NCBI GenBank assembly: GCA_965261595.1
Contig: CBDHDG010000005.1
Span: 736,001-800,000, forward strand
From: a bacterium
GTDB taxonomy: Bacteria > UBA8248 > JACPRG01 > G963555815
Length of the DNA: 64,000 nt
Reading direction: 5' to 3'
In this document: positions 36,452 through 49,752 of the stretch, piece after piece
Layout of the letters: each line of letters begins with the position of its first letter
Numbering within the stretch: the first letter of the stretch is position 1
The notes under the pieces: generated by a model
What the model was told of the DNA's origin: nothing
The model's database searches: none
Seen by the model: the letters and a program-made list of their open reading frames with translations, nothing else
Translations under genes and position numbers: made by a program

Positions 36452-37855
36452 TGGACCGCCCCTGGGTTATTGGACACTCGGGTGAGGGTATTCGACCTCA
36501 TGCGGCCTCCGCAACTTGAGCGAGTTTTTCCTGCCTTGCCTGGGCCGGCGTTCGGTAGCCGTAGCCCTCGAGAATCCAATGATGGTTATACAGGTTCTTG
36601 AACTCAAGCAGCGCCCACCGCAGTTCCTCTACGGTGGCGAAAGAGCGCACCCACAGGAGATTCTCCTTCAAGATGCGGATAAACCACTCACAGTAGCCAT
36701 TTCCCTCGGGCGCCCGCACGAAGCTGGGCGAACTGGTCATGCCCAGGTAGGCGATCTCCCGCTGAAAGTCATCGGACAGATAGGCGGGGCCGTGGTCGTG
36801 ACGAACTTTAAGCCCCTCGGCGACGTCCGCCTCCAAGCCGGCGAAGCGCTCGGCGACCCCCTGCCGGATCGGCTCCAGGGCCTCGAAGCGGTTGCCGCTC
36901 TTGGCCGCATGGATCCCCACGCAGTCCACCGAGCAGTGATCCACCGCCACGAACACCGAGGCCATCCCCTCCTCGGTGGTCACCGTCGTCGTCATGTGCG
37001 TGCCCCACATTCGGTCGGGCCGCTCGGTGCGGATGGTCCCGTTGTGGGCCTTGGGACCTCGGGGTTTGCCCACCCGGTGGGGGGCCTGAAGCCCCGCCTC
37101 CCGCATCAGGCGACGCACCCGCTCCTTGCTGGTGCGGATGCCCGCGAAGCGCAGCCTCGCCCACACCTTGCGGTAGCCCTCGCCATGGAAGGGAGAGTCC
37201 TCCAGGACCTGCCGGATGTGGCCGAGGAGTTCCGCATCGGTGCACGGGCCCACAGGGCCGCGCTTATTGGGCGTGGGGCGTTCATGAACGGGGACCGCCT
37301 CTCGCCGCCGTTGCGCGTAGACCGTGGAGCGCGCCAAGCCCCAAAGGGCGCACACCCGCTTCAGGCCGTAGGCTCTGCCCGTGGAGGTGAAGCGGGCCTG
37401 ACTCATCGCCTCCACCTCCTGCCGGCTAAAGGGCGGCCGGCCTCCAGGCGGTCGATCTTCTCCCGCAGGACCTCGCCCTCCATCGTGAGTTCGCCCACCT
37501 TGGCCTTGAGCCGGGCGTTCTCCTCGTCCCGCTCATCCGCCGGGCGGGCTTTGAGCGCCGCCTCGCCCCCGCGAAGGAACGCCTCGCGCCAGGCGGAAAG
37601 CCGAGCCGCTGTCGTGCCCAACTCGCGGCAGAGCGTCTCCAGGCTCTCGCCCCGCAAAAGACGCAGGACCGCCTCCCGCTTGCGCTGGCAGGAGAACCGA
37701 CCCCGCTCACTGCGATGCCCTGGGGCCTTGGCTCCGTTCGCCCTGCGGGCGCCCTCCGCCAAAGCCCCCTCTTGCTTTTGTTCGTTCATCGCGACACCCC
37801 TTTCTCCATGAATCATGGATCAATCGAGTGTCCAACAAAACCCTAGAGCGGGGGA
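36452..37855 (-). mobile_element. IS3-family element A, copy 2 (orfA 37403-37789, orfB 36498-37415)
   Basis: Near-identical inverted copy of 4417-5820. Confidence 0.93.
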
Positions 37856-37856
37856 T

Positions 37857-39124
37857 CCGCCCCCTAAAGTTGTACCACTTTTTGAGTTAGTCTCTTCTCC
37901 CCGATATCCGAAAGTGTAGGGATGCCCGGAGGCATTGGTTCGATGGCCTCCGGCGCCGGGGGCCGGTAGCCCAAGGCACTATGGGGCCTTACCCGGTTGT
38001 AGAGTTGTCGCCATCTCTCCACCAACACCTTGGCCTCTGTCAGGGTGTAGAAGATCTCCCCGTTGAGCAGCTCATCGCGCAGCTTGCCGATGAAGGACTC
38101 CACATAGCCGTTCTCCCAGGGACTGCCCCGCTCGATGTAAAGCGTTCTCACCCCAAGACGGGTGAGCCACCCTCTCACCGCATTCGCCGTGAACTCCGCC
38201 CCGTTGTCCGAGCGGATATAAGCCGGCAGGCCACGCCGGACGAACAACTCGGTGAGGCGGTCCAGGACGTCCTCGGAGTTGAGTCTTCTCTCTACATCAA
38301 GGGCCAAGCGCTCCCGGGTCAACTCATCCATCACAGCCAGCATCCGTAAAGGCCGCCCATCGTGCGTCCTCGCGGCCAGGAAGTCGTAGGACCACACATG
38401 ATTCCGATAAGACGGACGCTTGCGAACACAAGAGCCGTCGTTCAGCCATAAACGCCCTCGCTTGGGCTGTCTCTTCGGCGCCTTCAGGCCTTCCTGGCGC
38501 CAGATCCGCTCCACCCCCTTGTGATTCACTCGCCAGCCTTCTCTTTCCAACAGAGCCGTTATCCTCCGGTAGCCGTACCGTCCGTACTCGCTCGCCAGCT
38601 CTGTCACCCGCGCCACCAAACGGGCCTCATCGTCAGGGACCTGGGCAGAGCGCCGCTGAGTCGAGCGGGCCTGACCCAGCACCCGGCAGGCGCGACGTTC
38701 GGACACGCTCAGCTTCTCCCGCACATGCTCCATCGCCCGCCGCCGCGCAGGCGGGCTCAGAAGTTTCCCTGGGAGGCCTCCTTCAAGATGGCGTTATCCA
38801 GGGCCTGCTCGGCCACCAGCTTCTTTAGCCGGGCGTTTTCCTGCTCCAGTGTCTTCAGTCGTTTCGCCTGGTCCAGGCGCAGGCCTCCGTACTCCCGCCG
38901 CCACCGGTAATAGGTCTGCTCGGAGATCCCCAGCGTCTTGCAGACCTGAGCCATCCTCTGCCCATTGGCCAACTCCACCTCGGCCTGACGAAGCTTGTGG
39001 ATGATCTGCTCCGCGGTGAATCGCTTCCGACTCATCACTGCCCCCTCTTCTAGGCCAATCCAGTCCCGAAAGCCGTGCGAAAATCCTAACTCTCAAACCG
39101 GACCGGTTTCAGGGGGGCAGGTCA
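37857..39124 (-). mobile_element. IS3-family element B, copy 2 (orfA 38757-39038, orfB 37864-38733); right-end tip lost
   Basis: Near-identical inverted copy of 33759-35029. Confidence 0.93.
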
Positions 39125-39655
39125 GTCGATTCCATCGAGGGGGGTCTCACCGTCGCGGAGAGCGTCGATCTGGCCGCTGCGCTGGAGGAGATGGGGCTGG
39201 ACGCCATCGAGGTCTCTTGCGGCGTGATGGAGAAGGAGAGCGACAGTTGCGGGGAATACATCGGCGTCGGTCCTGGAAGGGCCGCGCGGGACTGGCTCTT
39301 TCACCGCTTGGCTTCCCCTCCGGGCCGAGAGGCGTACTTTCTGCCGTACGCGCGGGCCATGAAGAAGCGGCTCGGGATTCCCGTGATCCTCGTGGGCGGG
39401 CTGAGGACAACGGAAACCATGGAGCGGGTCCTCTCTTCGGGCGACGCCGACTTTCTGGCCATGGCCCGGACCTATATTCGGGAACCCGATATCGTGGACC
39501 AGATCCGAAACGGGCGACGCGGGCTCGTCGATTGCACCTCGTGCAACCTCTGCCTGATGCACGAAGGGAAAGATTCTCTCCGGTGTTGGCGGAAAAACGC
39601 CTCGTCGCTCCTGTATCACGCCTACTGCCGGTTCTGGAGGGATCGGGGGGAATGA
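39125..39655 (+). pseudogene. NADH:flavin oxidoreductase (Old Yellow Enzyme) C-terminal part
   Basis: GLDAIEVSCG; IPVILVGGLR; ADFLAMARTYIREPD; CTSCNLC; 5' end replaced by IS. Confidence 0.85.
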
Positions 39656-39696
39656 CAGCGCACGCGGCCGACAGGGGAGGGGGAGGGGGAGAGACG

Positions 39697-42021
39697 ATGA
39701 AATCAACCTGGATCGGGGCCTCCTACGAGCGGGGGGACGGTTACGACAAGGCGAGCGGGGTGGCGGTGTACGGGACGGACGTGGTCCGGCCCGGGATGCT
39801 CCACGCGAAGATCCTGAGAAGCCCCTTGCCCCATGCCCGGGTTCTGCGCGTCGATACGGAGCGGGCGAAGCGTCTGCCGGGAGTCCGGGCGGTCGTTACG
39901 GGAGCGGACCACCCCGATTCGAATTGGGGGATGATGCTGGCCGATCAGCCCATTTACGCCGTGGACCGCGTTCGTTACGTGGGCGAGGCGGTGGCCGGCG
40001 TGGCCGCCGTCGACGAAGACGCCGCCCTAGAAGCCCTGGATCTGATCCAGGTCGAGTACGAAGAACTTCCGCCGCTGTTCGATCCCGTCGAGGCCGCAGC
40101 CCCCGACGCACCCCTCCTGCATCCCGACCTCGGCCAATACGCGTGCAACCGGAAGCTCTTCGCTCCGGTCCCGGGAACCAATATCTGCAACCATTTCAAG
40201 CTCCGCCGGGGGGACGTGGAGGGGGGATTCCGGCGATCGGACCGCATCTTCGAGGATACCTTCGAGATCCCCATGGTCCAGCACTGCCCCCTGGAGCCCC
40301 ACGCCTGTGTCGCGCAGTTCTCCCCGCAGGGAAAGCTCACCCTGTGGAGCAACACCCAGGGCCCCTACCTGACCCGGGAACAAGTGGCCAAGGGGCTGAA
40401 GCTTCCCCAGAGCGATGTCCGCATCGTGTGCTCGTACGTCGGCGGCGCGTTCGGCGGCAAGATCAGCGGCGTCATCGAGATCCTCGCCGGGGCCCTCTCC
40501 CTGAGATGCAACCACCGCCCCGTGCGTCTGGAGATGTCCAGAGAGGAGGAGTTCACCTGCACCTTCGTGCGCCAGCCCGCCCGGATCACGTACAAGACGG
40601 GCGTCGGGTCCAACGGGGATTTTCTGGCCCGTGAGGTTCGTCTTCTCTGGGAAGCGGGGGCCTACGGCGACTATGAGGTCCTCATCTCCCGAAACGCGGG
40701 CTACTCGGCGTCCGGCCCCTACCGGATTCCCAACGTCCGGATCGATTCCTACTGCGTTTACACCAACAAGCCGGTGGCGGGGGCCTACCGGGGATTCGGC
40801 GTCCCGGAGACCTGTTTCGGGTACGAGGGTCAGGTCGATCGCATCGCCCGGGAGCTTGGGATGGACCCCGTCGAGCTCAGACTGCGGAACGGGGTGGAGA
40901 CCGGTGACCTCACGCCGACCGGGCAGACCCTCGTGAGCGTCGGGCTCAAGGAATGCATCCGCCGGGCCGCGGACGGGCTCGGCGGTCCGGACGAGACGGT
41001 GGAGCGGGCGGGGAAACGACGCGGACGGGGGCTGGCCTGCATGTCGAAGTTCACCGTCACCGGAGCGCACGTCCAATCGGCCATCAAGATCAATGAAGAC
41101 GGAAGCGCGGTCCTTCTCTCCAGCGCGGTGGAGCACGGCCAGGGCGCTCACACCATCCTGCGGCAGATCGCGGCGGAAGTCCTGGGCCTCGACCCCCGGA
41201 GGATCTCGATGGGACAACCCGATACCGCTATGACCCCGTACGGGTGGGAGACCTCCGCCAGCAAGACGACCTTCTTCGACAGCAACGCGGTGCGCCTGGC
41301 CGCCGGAGACGCCAAGCAGCAGCTCTTCCGCGCCGCGGCGGTCCTGCTGGAGGCCGCGCCGGAGGACCTGGAAGCACGGGACGGGAGGATCCACCCCCGG
41401 GGGGCGCCCGAGCGCTCGGTCTCTTTCGCCGATGTGTCCATGGGGGTTTACGGTCCGGACGGGCGCGTCGTTGGGGGACCCGTCCTCGGCCGCGGTCATT
41501 ACACGCCGGTGGACGGCACGCTTCTCGATCCCGAAACGGGGCAGGGAGACAAGCCGGCGGTCTTCTGGATGTTCGCCGCCCAGGCAGCGGAGGTCGAGGT
41601 GGATGAGGAGACGGGTGAGGTCCAAATCCTCAAACTCAGCGCGGCCCATGACGTGGGCCGGGCCATCAACCCCAACGGGTGCACCGGGCAGGTTGAAGGG
41701 GCCCTGGGGCAGGGGATCGGAACGGCGCTGTTCGAGGAGATGTCCTTGGAGGATGGGAGGGTGTTGAACCCGAACCTGATAGACTACAAGATCCCCTGCA
41801 CGCTGGACCTGCCGCCCCTGGTCCCGATCCTCGTGGAGGAGGCTCACCCCGAGGGGCCCTACGGGGCCAAGGGGGTGGGCGAGCCCGGTCTGGCGCCCAC
41901 GGCCGCCGCCATCGCCAACGCCGTTTATGACGCCCTCGGCGTGCAGATCAAGACGATCCCCTTGACGCCGGAACGGGTCCTGGGGGCGCTGGAGGGCGGG
42001 GCGGACCGGGCCTCACACTGA
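39697..42021 (+). CDS. Xanthine dehydrogenase-family molybdopterin-binding subunit
   Basis: [27 protein letters not shown]. Confidence 0.93.
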   Translation: MKSTWIGASYERGDGYDKASGVAVYGTDVVRPGMLHAKILRSPLPHARVLRVDTERAKRLPGVRAVVTGADHPDSNWGMMLADQPIYAVDRVRYVGEAVAGVAAVDEDAALEALDLIQVEYEELPPLFDPVEAAAPDAPLLHPDLGQYACNRKLFAPVPGTNICNHFKLRRGDVEGGFRRSDRIFEDTFEIPMVQHCPLEPHACVAQFSPQGKLTLWSNTQGPYLTREQVAKGLKLPQSDVRIVCSYVGGAFGGKISGVIEILAGALSLRCNHRPVRLEMSREEEFTCTFVRQPARITYKTGVGSNGDFLAREVRLLWEAGAYGDYEVLISRNAGYSASGPYRIPNVRIDSYCVYTNKPVAGAYRGFGVPETCFGYEGQVDRIARELGMDPVELRLRNGVETGDLTPTGQTLVSVGLKECIRRAADGLGGPDETVERAGKRRGRGLACMSKFTVTGAHVQSAIKINEDGSAVLLSSAVEHGQGAHTILRQIAAEVLGLDPRRISMGQPDTAMTPYGWETSASKTTFFDSNAVRLAAGDAKQQLFRAAAVLLEAAPEDLEARDGRIHPRGAPERSVSFADVSMGVYGPDGRVVGGPVLGRGHYTPVDGTLLDPETGQGDKPAVFWMFAAQAAEVEVDEETGEVQILKLSAAHDVGRAINPNGCTGQVEGALGQGIGTALFEEMSLEDGRVLNPNLIDYKIPCTLDLPPLVPILVEEAHPEGPYGAKGVGEPGLAPTAAAIANAVYDALGVQIKTIPLTPERVLGALEGGADRASH

Positions 42022-42059
42022 CGGTCACAGCTTCGAAAGCCCGGCCGCTCGCGCTCCCC

Positions 42060-43364
42060 GTGGTCCAGCCGGCCCCGGATATGGGGGCGCTCCGCGTGAA
42101 CCGGGCGCTCCCCCCGTCCCCCCTGGCGGGCGTCCCCTTCCTGCTCAAGGATCTGATCGCGACCTGCGAGGGCGTGCGCCATACGGAAGGCTCCGCGTTT
42201 CTGCGCGATTACGTCGTCGACCGGGACAGCGAGCTCGTCGCGCGGATCAAGCGCGTGGGCCTCGTCGTCGTCGGAATCACGAACACCGCGGAGTTCGGGA
42301 ACGCCTCGACGGCCGAGCCCCGCCGCTTCGGCCCGAGCCGGAACCCCTGGGACACGACGCGGACAACGGGCGGATCGAGCGGCGGCTCCGCGGCGGCCGT
42401 GGCGGCCGGTCTCGTGCCCATGGCCCACGGCAACGACGGGGGAGGCTCGGTCCGGATCCCGGCCTCGTGTTGCGGCCTCTTCGGCCTCAAGCCCACGCGC
42501 GCCCGGAACCCGCTCGGCCCCGAATTCGGGGATTTCTACAGCGGTTTGGTGGTCGAGCACGCACTGACCCGGTCGGTGCGGGACAGCGCCGCCCTGCTGG
42601 ACGCCACCTCGGGACCGATGCCCGGAGATCCCTACCGCGCGCCCCCTCCCGTCCGCCCGTTTCTCGATGAGGTGGGCGCGGACCCGGGAACCCTTCGCAT
42701 CGCCTTCTCCGTCCGCGCGCCGAGCGGGGTCGAGGTCCACCGCGACTGCGTGCGCGCCGTGCGGGAGGCGGCGCGTGTTCTTGCCGCCCTGGGCCATGAG
42801 GTCGAAGAGGGGACTCCGCGATTCGACGCCAAAGCGGCCGAGGAGGCATGGTTCATGCTGTGGGCGGAAGGGAACGCCCGGCTTCTGGAGGACTGGTCGC
42901 GCCGCCTGCGCCGGACGCCCGCCGAGGGGGAAATCGAGCCGCTCACCCGGGCGCTCTGTGATCTCGGGCGGAAGCGGAGCGCCGCCGAGCATCTGCACAG
43001 CGTCCAGGTTCTCGACCGGCCCGGGCGGGAGATCGCCGGGTTCTTCGAGACCTACGACCTTTGGCTCACCCCGACCCTCGCCCGGCCCCCCGTTCCGCTC
43101 GGGGCGCTTGAGCCGCCCGAGGAGAATCCCTTGGCTTGGTGGGTGGAGGTGGACGGAAGGTTTGCGCCTTTCACGGCGGTCGCGAACGGCGACGGCCGGC
43201 CCGCCATGTCGGTCCCCCTCTTTTGGAACGAAGAGGGCCTTCCCGTGGGAACGCACTTTCTGGGACGCTTCGGCGGGGAGGCGGCGCTTTTCCGCCTCGC
43301 GGCGCAGCTCGAGGAGGCCAGGCCCTGGGCGGACCGCCGTCCCCCCGTCTCCGCCTTGGAATGA
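42060..43364 (+). CDS. Amidase-signature protein, probably N-terminally truncated
   Basis: [27 protein letters not shown]; no clear RBS or usual N-terminal helices. Confidence 0.8.
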   Translation: MVQPAPDMGALRVNRALPPSPLAGVPFLLKDLIATCEGVRHTEGSAFLRDYVVDRDSELVARIKRVGLVVVGITNTAEFGNASTAEPRRFGPSRNPWDTTRTTGGSSGGSAAAVAAGLVPMAHGNDGGGSVRIPASCCGLFGLKPTRARNPLGPEFGDFYSGLVVEHALTRSVRDSAALLDATSGPMPGDPYRAPPPVRPFLDEVGADPGTLRIAFSVRAPSGVEVHRDCVRAVREAARVLAALGHEVEEGTPRFDAKAAEEAWFMLWAEGNARLLEDWSRRLRRTPAEGEIEPLTRALCDLGRKRSAAEHLHSVQVLDRPGREIAGFFETYDLWLTPTLARPPVPLGALEPPEENPLAWWVEVDGRFAPFTAVANGDGRPAMSVPLFWNEEGLPVGTHFLGRFGGEAALFRLAAQLEEARPWADRRPPVSALE

Positions 43365-43490
43365 CTCCAACGCCGCACGCTTGCGGGGCGTCGAGACACA
43401 AGGGATTTGAGGGCTCCGGGCTGGAAGACCATTGAGGGCTTCTATGAGGACGGCCCGCCGGCCCTGGATTCTCCGGTGTCGGGGTTTTAC

Positions 43491-45775
43491 CTACGAGACG
43501 TTCCCGGCCCCGGCGGGCAGGCCGGAGAGCACCTTCTCCGGTGTCACAGGGAGGTCCGTCACGCGCACGCCGACGGCGTCGTATACGGCGTTGGCAATGG
43601 CGGCGGCCGTTGGAACCAAGACGCCTTCGGAGAAACCTTTGGCGCCGAAGGGGCCGGTGGGCTCGGGCTCTTCGATGAACCTGCACTCGATGGGGGGTAT
43701 GTCCAGGATGTTGGGCGTCTTGTAGTCCATCAGGGTCGGGTTGGTGACGACTCCTCCGGAATAAACCACTTCTTCGATGAGGGCGTAGCCGATTCCCTGC
43801 GTCGCCCCTCCCTGGAGCTGCCCCACGATCGCGACTTGGTTGATGATCTGCCCCACGTCGTGGGAACAGACCAGACGCAAGACCTTCACCTCCCCCGTCT
43901 CCACGTCCACCTCGACATCGTCGCCGCGCCCCCGCGGGGACTCCCATCCTGACAGTCCGGGATCAGGGGGGGGCCTACGGCGTCGAAAACGCCCCGGCCC
44001 AGGATGGGTCCTCCCCGCTTGATGTGGGCGGCCTTGACAATTTCTCCGAACGTCATTCCCTTTCCCGGGGCCCCCGGCATGAGGACTTGTTTGTTCTCCA
44101 CGCGCAAGTCCTCGACGGGGACTTCCAGAAGATCCGCGGCCCGATCCAGGAGCTGCCGCTTGGCGTCCGCCGCGGCGAGGCGGACGACGTTGCCCACGTT
44201 GTAGGTGACGCGGCTGGCCGCCGTGTGATTTTCGAAGGGGGTTGCGTCGGTGTCGGCCGAGACGACGCGCACGTGCTCCATGTCGATGCCGAGCTCCTCG
44301 GCGGCGACCTGGGCCGCCATGGTGATCTGCCCGGCGCCGACTTCGATGACCCCCGAGACGACCTGAATGGTCCCGTCCTCCATCACCTTCACGATGGCCG
44401 AGGAGCTGAGTCCTCCCGAGACGTGCATCCCGCACGCGATCCCCCGGCCCCGCCTCATCGGGCGATCGCCGTCTCCGCCGTGAATGCCCGCTTCCCAGTT
44501 CACGCACCGGGCGGCATCCTCCAGGGTCTTTTTCAACCACACCCCGGGCATTTTCTGGCCGTTGGCCAGCGAGTCTCCGTGCTCCATGCCGTTGATCCGC
44601 CGAAGGTCCAGGGGGTCGATCCCCAGCTCCGTGGCGACGGCGTCCATGTGGGACTCGACGGCGAAGGCGCTCTGGGGGTTTCCGTAACCCCGGAATCCCC
44701 CGCTGATGGTCTTATTCGTGTAGACGGTGTAGCCCACGGTCCGTACGTGGGGAATGCGGTAGACGCCCTTGGCATAGATGGCGCCACACGCCGCAATCAT
44801 GGGTCCGTGGCCCGTGTAGGCGCCCGTGTCGTAATACAGCTTGGCCTCGCGGGCGGTGAGCCGCCCATCCCGCATCACGGCGCTTCGGATTTCAGTGACG
44901 GTGGGATGGCGGGGAAGGCCCGCGATGAACTCCTCATCACGCGTGAACTGCATGCGCACCGGTTTCCCCGCCTGAAGGGCCAACAGGGCGGCGTACATCT
45001 CCACCCGGGGTTTCTTTCCGCCGAAGCCCCCGCCGACCGCTGAGCCGATGACGCGAACTTTGCTGAAGGGGAGCTTCAGAACCTTGGAGATCAGCCCCTG
45101 GGAATAAAAGACCCCTTGGGTGCTCACGCGGATGGTCAACCCCCCCTGTCCATCCGGGATGGCCAGGGCCGTGTGGGGATCCAGGTAGGTCTGGTGGGTT
45201 TGGTGGGTGCGAAAGGTGTGATCGAAGACCTCATCGGCCTCCCGCAACCCCGCCTCGATGTCTCCTTGCGTGAACGTTACCCGGCACGCGACGTTCCCTT
45301 GCTGTCCTTTTACGTCGAAGGTTGTGTCGTAATCGCCGACGTTGTCGTGGATGAGGGGCGCGTCGGGAAGGATGGCCTCGATGGGGTCGAAGACGGCCGG
45401 AAGCTCTTCGTAGTCCACCTCGATAAGCGAAAGGGCCTCCTCCACGATATCCAGATCTGTGGCGGCCACCGCGGCGACTTCATCCCCCAGGTAGCGGACC
45501 TTCTCGGGATCGAACAGGATCTGATCGGAGATGTTCATCCCGTACCGGACAAGGGGCGTGTTTTTGTGGGTCGCGACGGCGCGCACGCCGGGAAGGCGTT
45601 CGGCCTTTTCTGTCCGGATGTCCAGGATGCGGGCGTGCGGATGCCGGCTTCGCAGAATCCGCCCCTGGAGCATTCCGGGCATGGAAAAATCCGCCGTGTA
45701 CTTCGCCGTCCCTTGGGCCTTTGGAACCCCGTCGATTCTGGGAATGTCCTTTCCTATCACCTTGAAATCCGTCAT
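43491..45775 (-). pseudogene. Second xanthine dehydrogenase-family Mo subunit, frameshifted near 43950
   Basis: VGGGFGGK and GGFRGYG in one frame; VEVDVETGEV...GAKGFSEG in another. Confidence 0.88.
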
Positions 45776-45948
45776 CGGGACAATCTCCCCCCTCCCTCTT
45801 ACTTTCCGCTATTCGGCATTTCAGAGGAATTGAATCGGTTAAGCGGGGATTCCCCATATCAACCGTTGATTACGGCCTAACCCGCACTGTCCGGCGAATA
45901 GGTGAATTAAAGGATTCTTCTCTCGGGTTGTCAACAGTGGTTGGCTCC

Positions 45949-46941
45949 CTACAAGATCCAGGCTTCAGCCGTGCCGGGTGCGAAGAGCTCCTCGACGGCG
46001 ACCCGCCGCGCGGTGAGACCCTGCTCGAAGGCGTATTGACAGAAGGTGTCCAACGTCGCGCGGTTGGCCTCGATGCCGTAGGGCCAGAAGTCGTCGCCCA
46101 TCAACTTCCGGGTCTCTTCCTGCTCCGCGACCGACCACGGCAGTGTGCAGATGAGCCAATTGGGGTCGCCGAGCCGCTTTTGGATTTCGTCTTTCGCCTG
46201 GGTGAAGGCCTTGAGGATGCTCTGCGCCAGCCAGGGGCTCGCGTCATACACATCGCGCCGGATGACGAACGTGTGCATGATGTGGAACAGGCCCGTGCGG
46301 CGGTAGTAATCCTGCTCGACCGATCGGTAGTCCGGAAAGAGAAGCCGAATCCGCGGGTCGCCGGCCGTGAACGCGGACGGGACATGGGGGCAGAAGAGGG
46401 CGTCGATCCCGCCCTCGCAAACGGCCCGGGTCAGCGTTTGGCCTTCCGGAAGCGATTCGAGGCGGATGGAGGGCGGCAGGTCCAGCTCGACCCGGTCCTT
46501 CCGTCCCGGTTTCTCCTGCCCTCCGGTCACCCAGGTGACTTCTTCCGGGGCCACCCCGTATTCGTGGTGCAGGACCCCCCGCATCCAGACGCTTGCGGTC
46601 ATGGCGTATTCCGGGACGCCGATGCGTCCGCCCCGCAGGTCTTCCGGTTTTTCGATGCCTTTCTCCGCGCAGATGTACATGGCGGAATGCCGGAAGATCC
46701 GGGACGGGAAGACCGGCACCCCGACGAACGGCGAATCCCCCCGGCCAATCAGCGTGGTGTGGGCGGCCAGGGACATTTCCGAGGCGTCGAACTCCCGGTG
46801 CTTGACCATCCGAAAGAATATCTCGGCCACGTGCATGTCGATGAAGTTCGCATCGATGCCCTCAACGGGAATGGTCCCGTCATGCAGGGCGCGCGTGCGG
46901 TCGGAAAGATGACAGACGATATTGAGTTTCGGTTTGCTCAT
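45949..46941 (-). CDS. 4,5-dihydroxyphthalate decarboxylase-like / substrate-binding-fold protein
   Basis: DRTRALHDG; FDASEMSL; PVFPSRIFRHS; GVPEYAMTA; DFWPYGIEAN. Confidence 0.8.
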   Translation of the reverse strand: MSKPKLNIVCHLSDRTRALHDGTIPVEGIDANFIDMHVAEIFFRMVKHREFDASEMSLAAHTTLIGRGDSPFVGVPVFPSRIFRHSAMYICAEKGIEKPEDLRGGRIGVPEYAMTASVWMRGVLHHEYGVAPEEVTWVTGGQEKPGRKDRVELDLPPSIRLESLPEGQTLTRAVCEGGIDALFCPHVPSAFTAGDPRIRLLFPDYRSVEQDYYRRTGLFHIMHTFVIRRDVYDASPWLAQSILKAFTQAKDEIQKRLGDPNWLICTLPWSVAEQEETRKLMGDDFWPYGIEANRATLDTFCQYAFEQGLTARRVAVEELFAPGTAEAWIL

Positions 46942-46955
46942 CGACTGTGAACCCC

Positions 46956-48355
46956 TTATGGGTTATCGGACAGGTAATCTCCCAGGTAATCTTCCAGGCG
47001 GATGCCTTCCGTGCCCGGGACGGAGACCTCTTCGGGATAGCCGTCCTTCCGCGTGGCATCGATTCCCATTTTGGTGACCAGGTGGGAGCCCCCCTCCGGG
47101 CCGTATGCGCACGGATCCAGGGAGATCCCTTGGCGCCGGTCACCAGGAAAGTGTCCCGCTCAGGCCGGACCCGGAAAGCCAGGGCGTGGAGCACCTCCGT
47201 GTCGCTGGACACGTCCACGTCGTGGTCCACGATAACCACCATCCTCAAATAGGGGTCCGCCACGAAGGCCGCCATCGCCGCCTGCTTGGCCTCTCCTTCG
47301 ATCATCTTCTCGATGGCGATGTAGCAAGAGAACCGGATTCGTCCGCCGCCGCTCATTTGAACCGCCGTCACGGTCGGACAGGCAATCTTAACGGTCTCCT
47401 CGACAAAGTTCGCCCGAATGAGCCCCGCCAAGAGAAGGTTGTCCGGGTGGGAGACGAAGATGCTTTGGTACAGGGGGTTCTTGCGCATGGTGATTGCCTT
47501 GACTTTGACAATCGGGCTCATGCGTTGGGGTCCATATGTGCCTGGAAACTCCCCGAAGGGCGCTTCCGCTTCACGGACGTGAGGCTGGACCTCGCATTCC
47601 AGAACGATTTCGGCGTCGGCAGGGACCTTGAGCGGGATGGTCCGGCACTGGACCGTCCGAACCGGCTGCTGCAAAATCCCGCCGGCCACGTGAAACTCGT
47701 CCATATCGTAGGGCGCCAGGGGCTGGAGGGCGCCCAGGTAGAAGGCGGGGTGGTGGCCGATGACGGCGGCCAAGGGGGTGGGTTCCCCCCGCTTTTCATA
47801 TTTCTTCCAGATGATGTTGCCGTGGGCGGTTTCCGAGATGAGGATGCCGAGGGTATTTTTGTCTTTGAGCATCATGCGGTAAATGCCGATGTTATACCCA
47901 CCCGTGTCAGGGTCCTGCATCACGTTCAGAGCCGCCGTGATGTAGGGCGCCGCATCCAACTCGTGATAGGTGAGGATGGGAAGCCGAGTGACGTCGACCT
48001 CGTCGCCTTCGAAAACGACCTCCTGCACGGGCGCCGTCTCGGTTTCTTCCGGCGGGATTGGCTCGGCTTCCCGCCTGGCGTATTCCTTCAGATAGGCCTT
48101 CGGGTCCGCGGATTCCATTCCCAAGGCCAGTCGAAGCCGCGTGAAACTGGCGTTCATATTGGCTACTACTGGGATTTCCGATCCCTTTACATTCTCGAAA
48201 ATCAAAAGCGGGAACTTATTCTGCTTCTCTAAGAGGGCGAGAATGCCCGTTACCCCAAATCTAGGGTCTACCTCTTTGCGGATGCGAACAACCTCGTGGG
48301 GATGGCGTTCTTCGAGGAATTCAATGAACGCACGCAGATCTTTAATCCGGGACAC
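46956..48355 (-). pseudogene. UbiD-family decarboxylase with 1-nt frameshift near 47120
   Basis: NIGIYR; EAPFGEFPG; GSP|LDP...TKMGIDATR continues in another frame. Confidence 0.85.
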
Positions 48356-48682
48356 TTCCCGCCTCCTCAGCTTCGGGGGTCAACGCCCGAACCATTTCGA
48401 GGTCCGGGGGAGATGCGTTCCGTTTTAAGATTGTCACTATGTGCGACGGGGCCAGACTCGATACGTTGATTGTGCCACGGTGTTCATAATCTCTTCATAG
48501 AAGATTCGTGTAGACGTTCTCGTATCCCGGGTTGTTCAGGGGTGTAAGGCTCATTGGTTTGGACTGGCCCCGGAGGAAGACGTCGTCGATTCTTGGACGC
48601 CCCCCCCCGGGGTCCTGGCTGAACTAGGGGGTTCTCTCAGACCTTTCCCAAAGCGGTTTTAACCAATCAGGAAAGGATGCGC

Positions 48683-49752
48683 TCACGCCGGTGACTCCAC
48701 TTTATGACGAGGGGCCTTACCGGATGTGAAAGAAGCGCAGTGACTTTGGAACCCGGTCCACGAACTCGTTGGTGTATAGCTCTGAGGGATCAAGCTTCTT
48801 CTCGACCCCCGATGCGGCCAATACGATCTTGATCGTCTTATCCATCTTCTGCCGGTCCATACGTCCGACGCCAATTTTGTGGGTGTTCTTGTCAAAGCAG
48901 GTGACGGAAGGAGATGCTTTGTGCCTGAAGGACGATAGCCAGCGTCGTCGCAGGATGTGCCTTAAAGTAGATGGCCGCCGCGGCCTCCCGATTTTTGAAA
49001 CCCCAAGCCAGGGATTTGTAGTAGCCCCGCAGGAACCGGAGGGTGACGTCCTTCTGGGTGGCGAGTCTTTTTTCGGAGGACACTAGCCCGCTGTTGTAGA
49101 TGTCCATTCCGTTTTCGGCCCAGAGTTTGACGACGAGTTTCTTTCCCTTCTGATCGGCGGCCTTTTGATACCCGGCGATGGAGCTGTGGTAGCTGATCAC
49201 CATGTCCACACTTCCAGCTCCCAAGGCCGCGGCCTTGGTTCCGGGAGACATATGGAGCACCTTCACCTTGCTGGTGTCGATCCCATGGACCTTGGCGAAA
49301 GGGGGCCACATCAGGATGTCCGATGAGGTCTTGGGACCTCCGGTGATCGTTTTTCCTTCGAGGTCTTTCCATGTCTTGATCCCGGCTTCGTGGAAGTAAA
49401 TAGGAGGTTTCCAGAAACTTTGCGCTCTTCATCATGAACATTTTGGATTTCAAGCCCCGGATTCGCGCCATGGCTCCGGGTCCGGCGCCCGCCTCGGCGT
49501 AATCGCATTTACCGGCCGCCGCGAATTTGAGGGAATTCCCTGAGCCGAAGCCTCGAACGAAGTTCAGGTCTATTCCCTCGGACTTCCAAGCTCCATTTTT
49601 AACGCCGCTCACAATGAACGCGTCCCGCCCGTAAATGATCCACGATGAGCAGAAGGTCACCTTCTCGGCAATCGCCGGAGGCACGAGGGTGAACAGCCAA
49701 AAAGCCGCCCCCAAAAGGCCAATGCAATCCGTGTTGATCTTTTCATTCTCAT
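48683..49752 (-). pseudogene. NMT1/THI5-family ABC substrate-binding protein, several frameshifts
   Basis: EGIDLNFVRGFGSG; GIDTSKV; RFLRGYYKS; pieces in different frames. Confidence 0.8.

Noticed and set aside
33759..39124. Composite transposon bounded by the two inverted IS-B copies
   Set aside because: No outer target duplication; the flanks are unrelated truncated genes
38995..39696. N-terminal extension giving a 1008-aa Mo-protein ORF
   Set aside because: Runs through the IS end and overlaps the OYE remnant; the real start is ATG 39697
39697..42021. Aerobic CO dehydrogenase CoxL
   Set aside because: Active-site loop is AYRGFG, not the form I AYxCSFR
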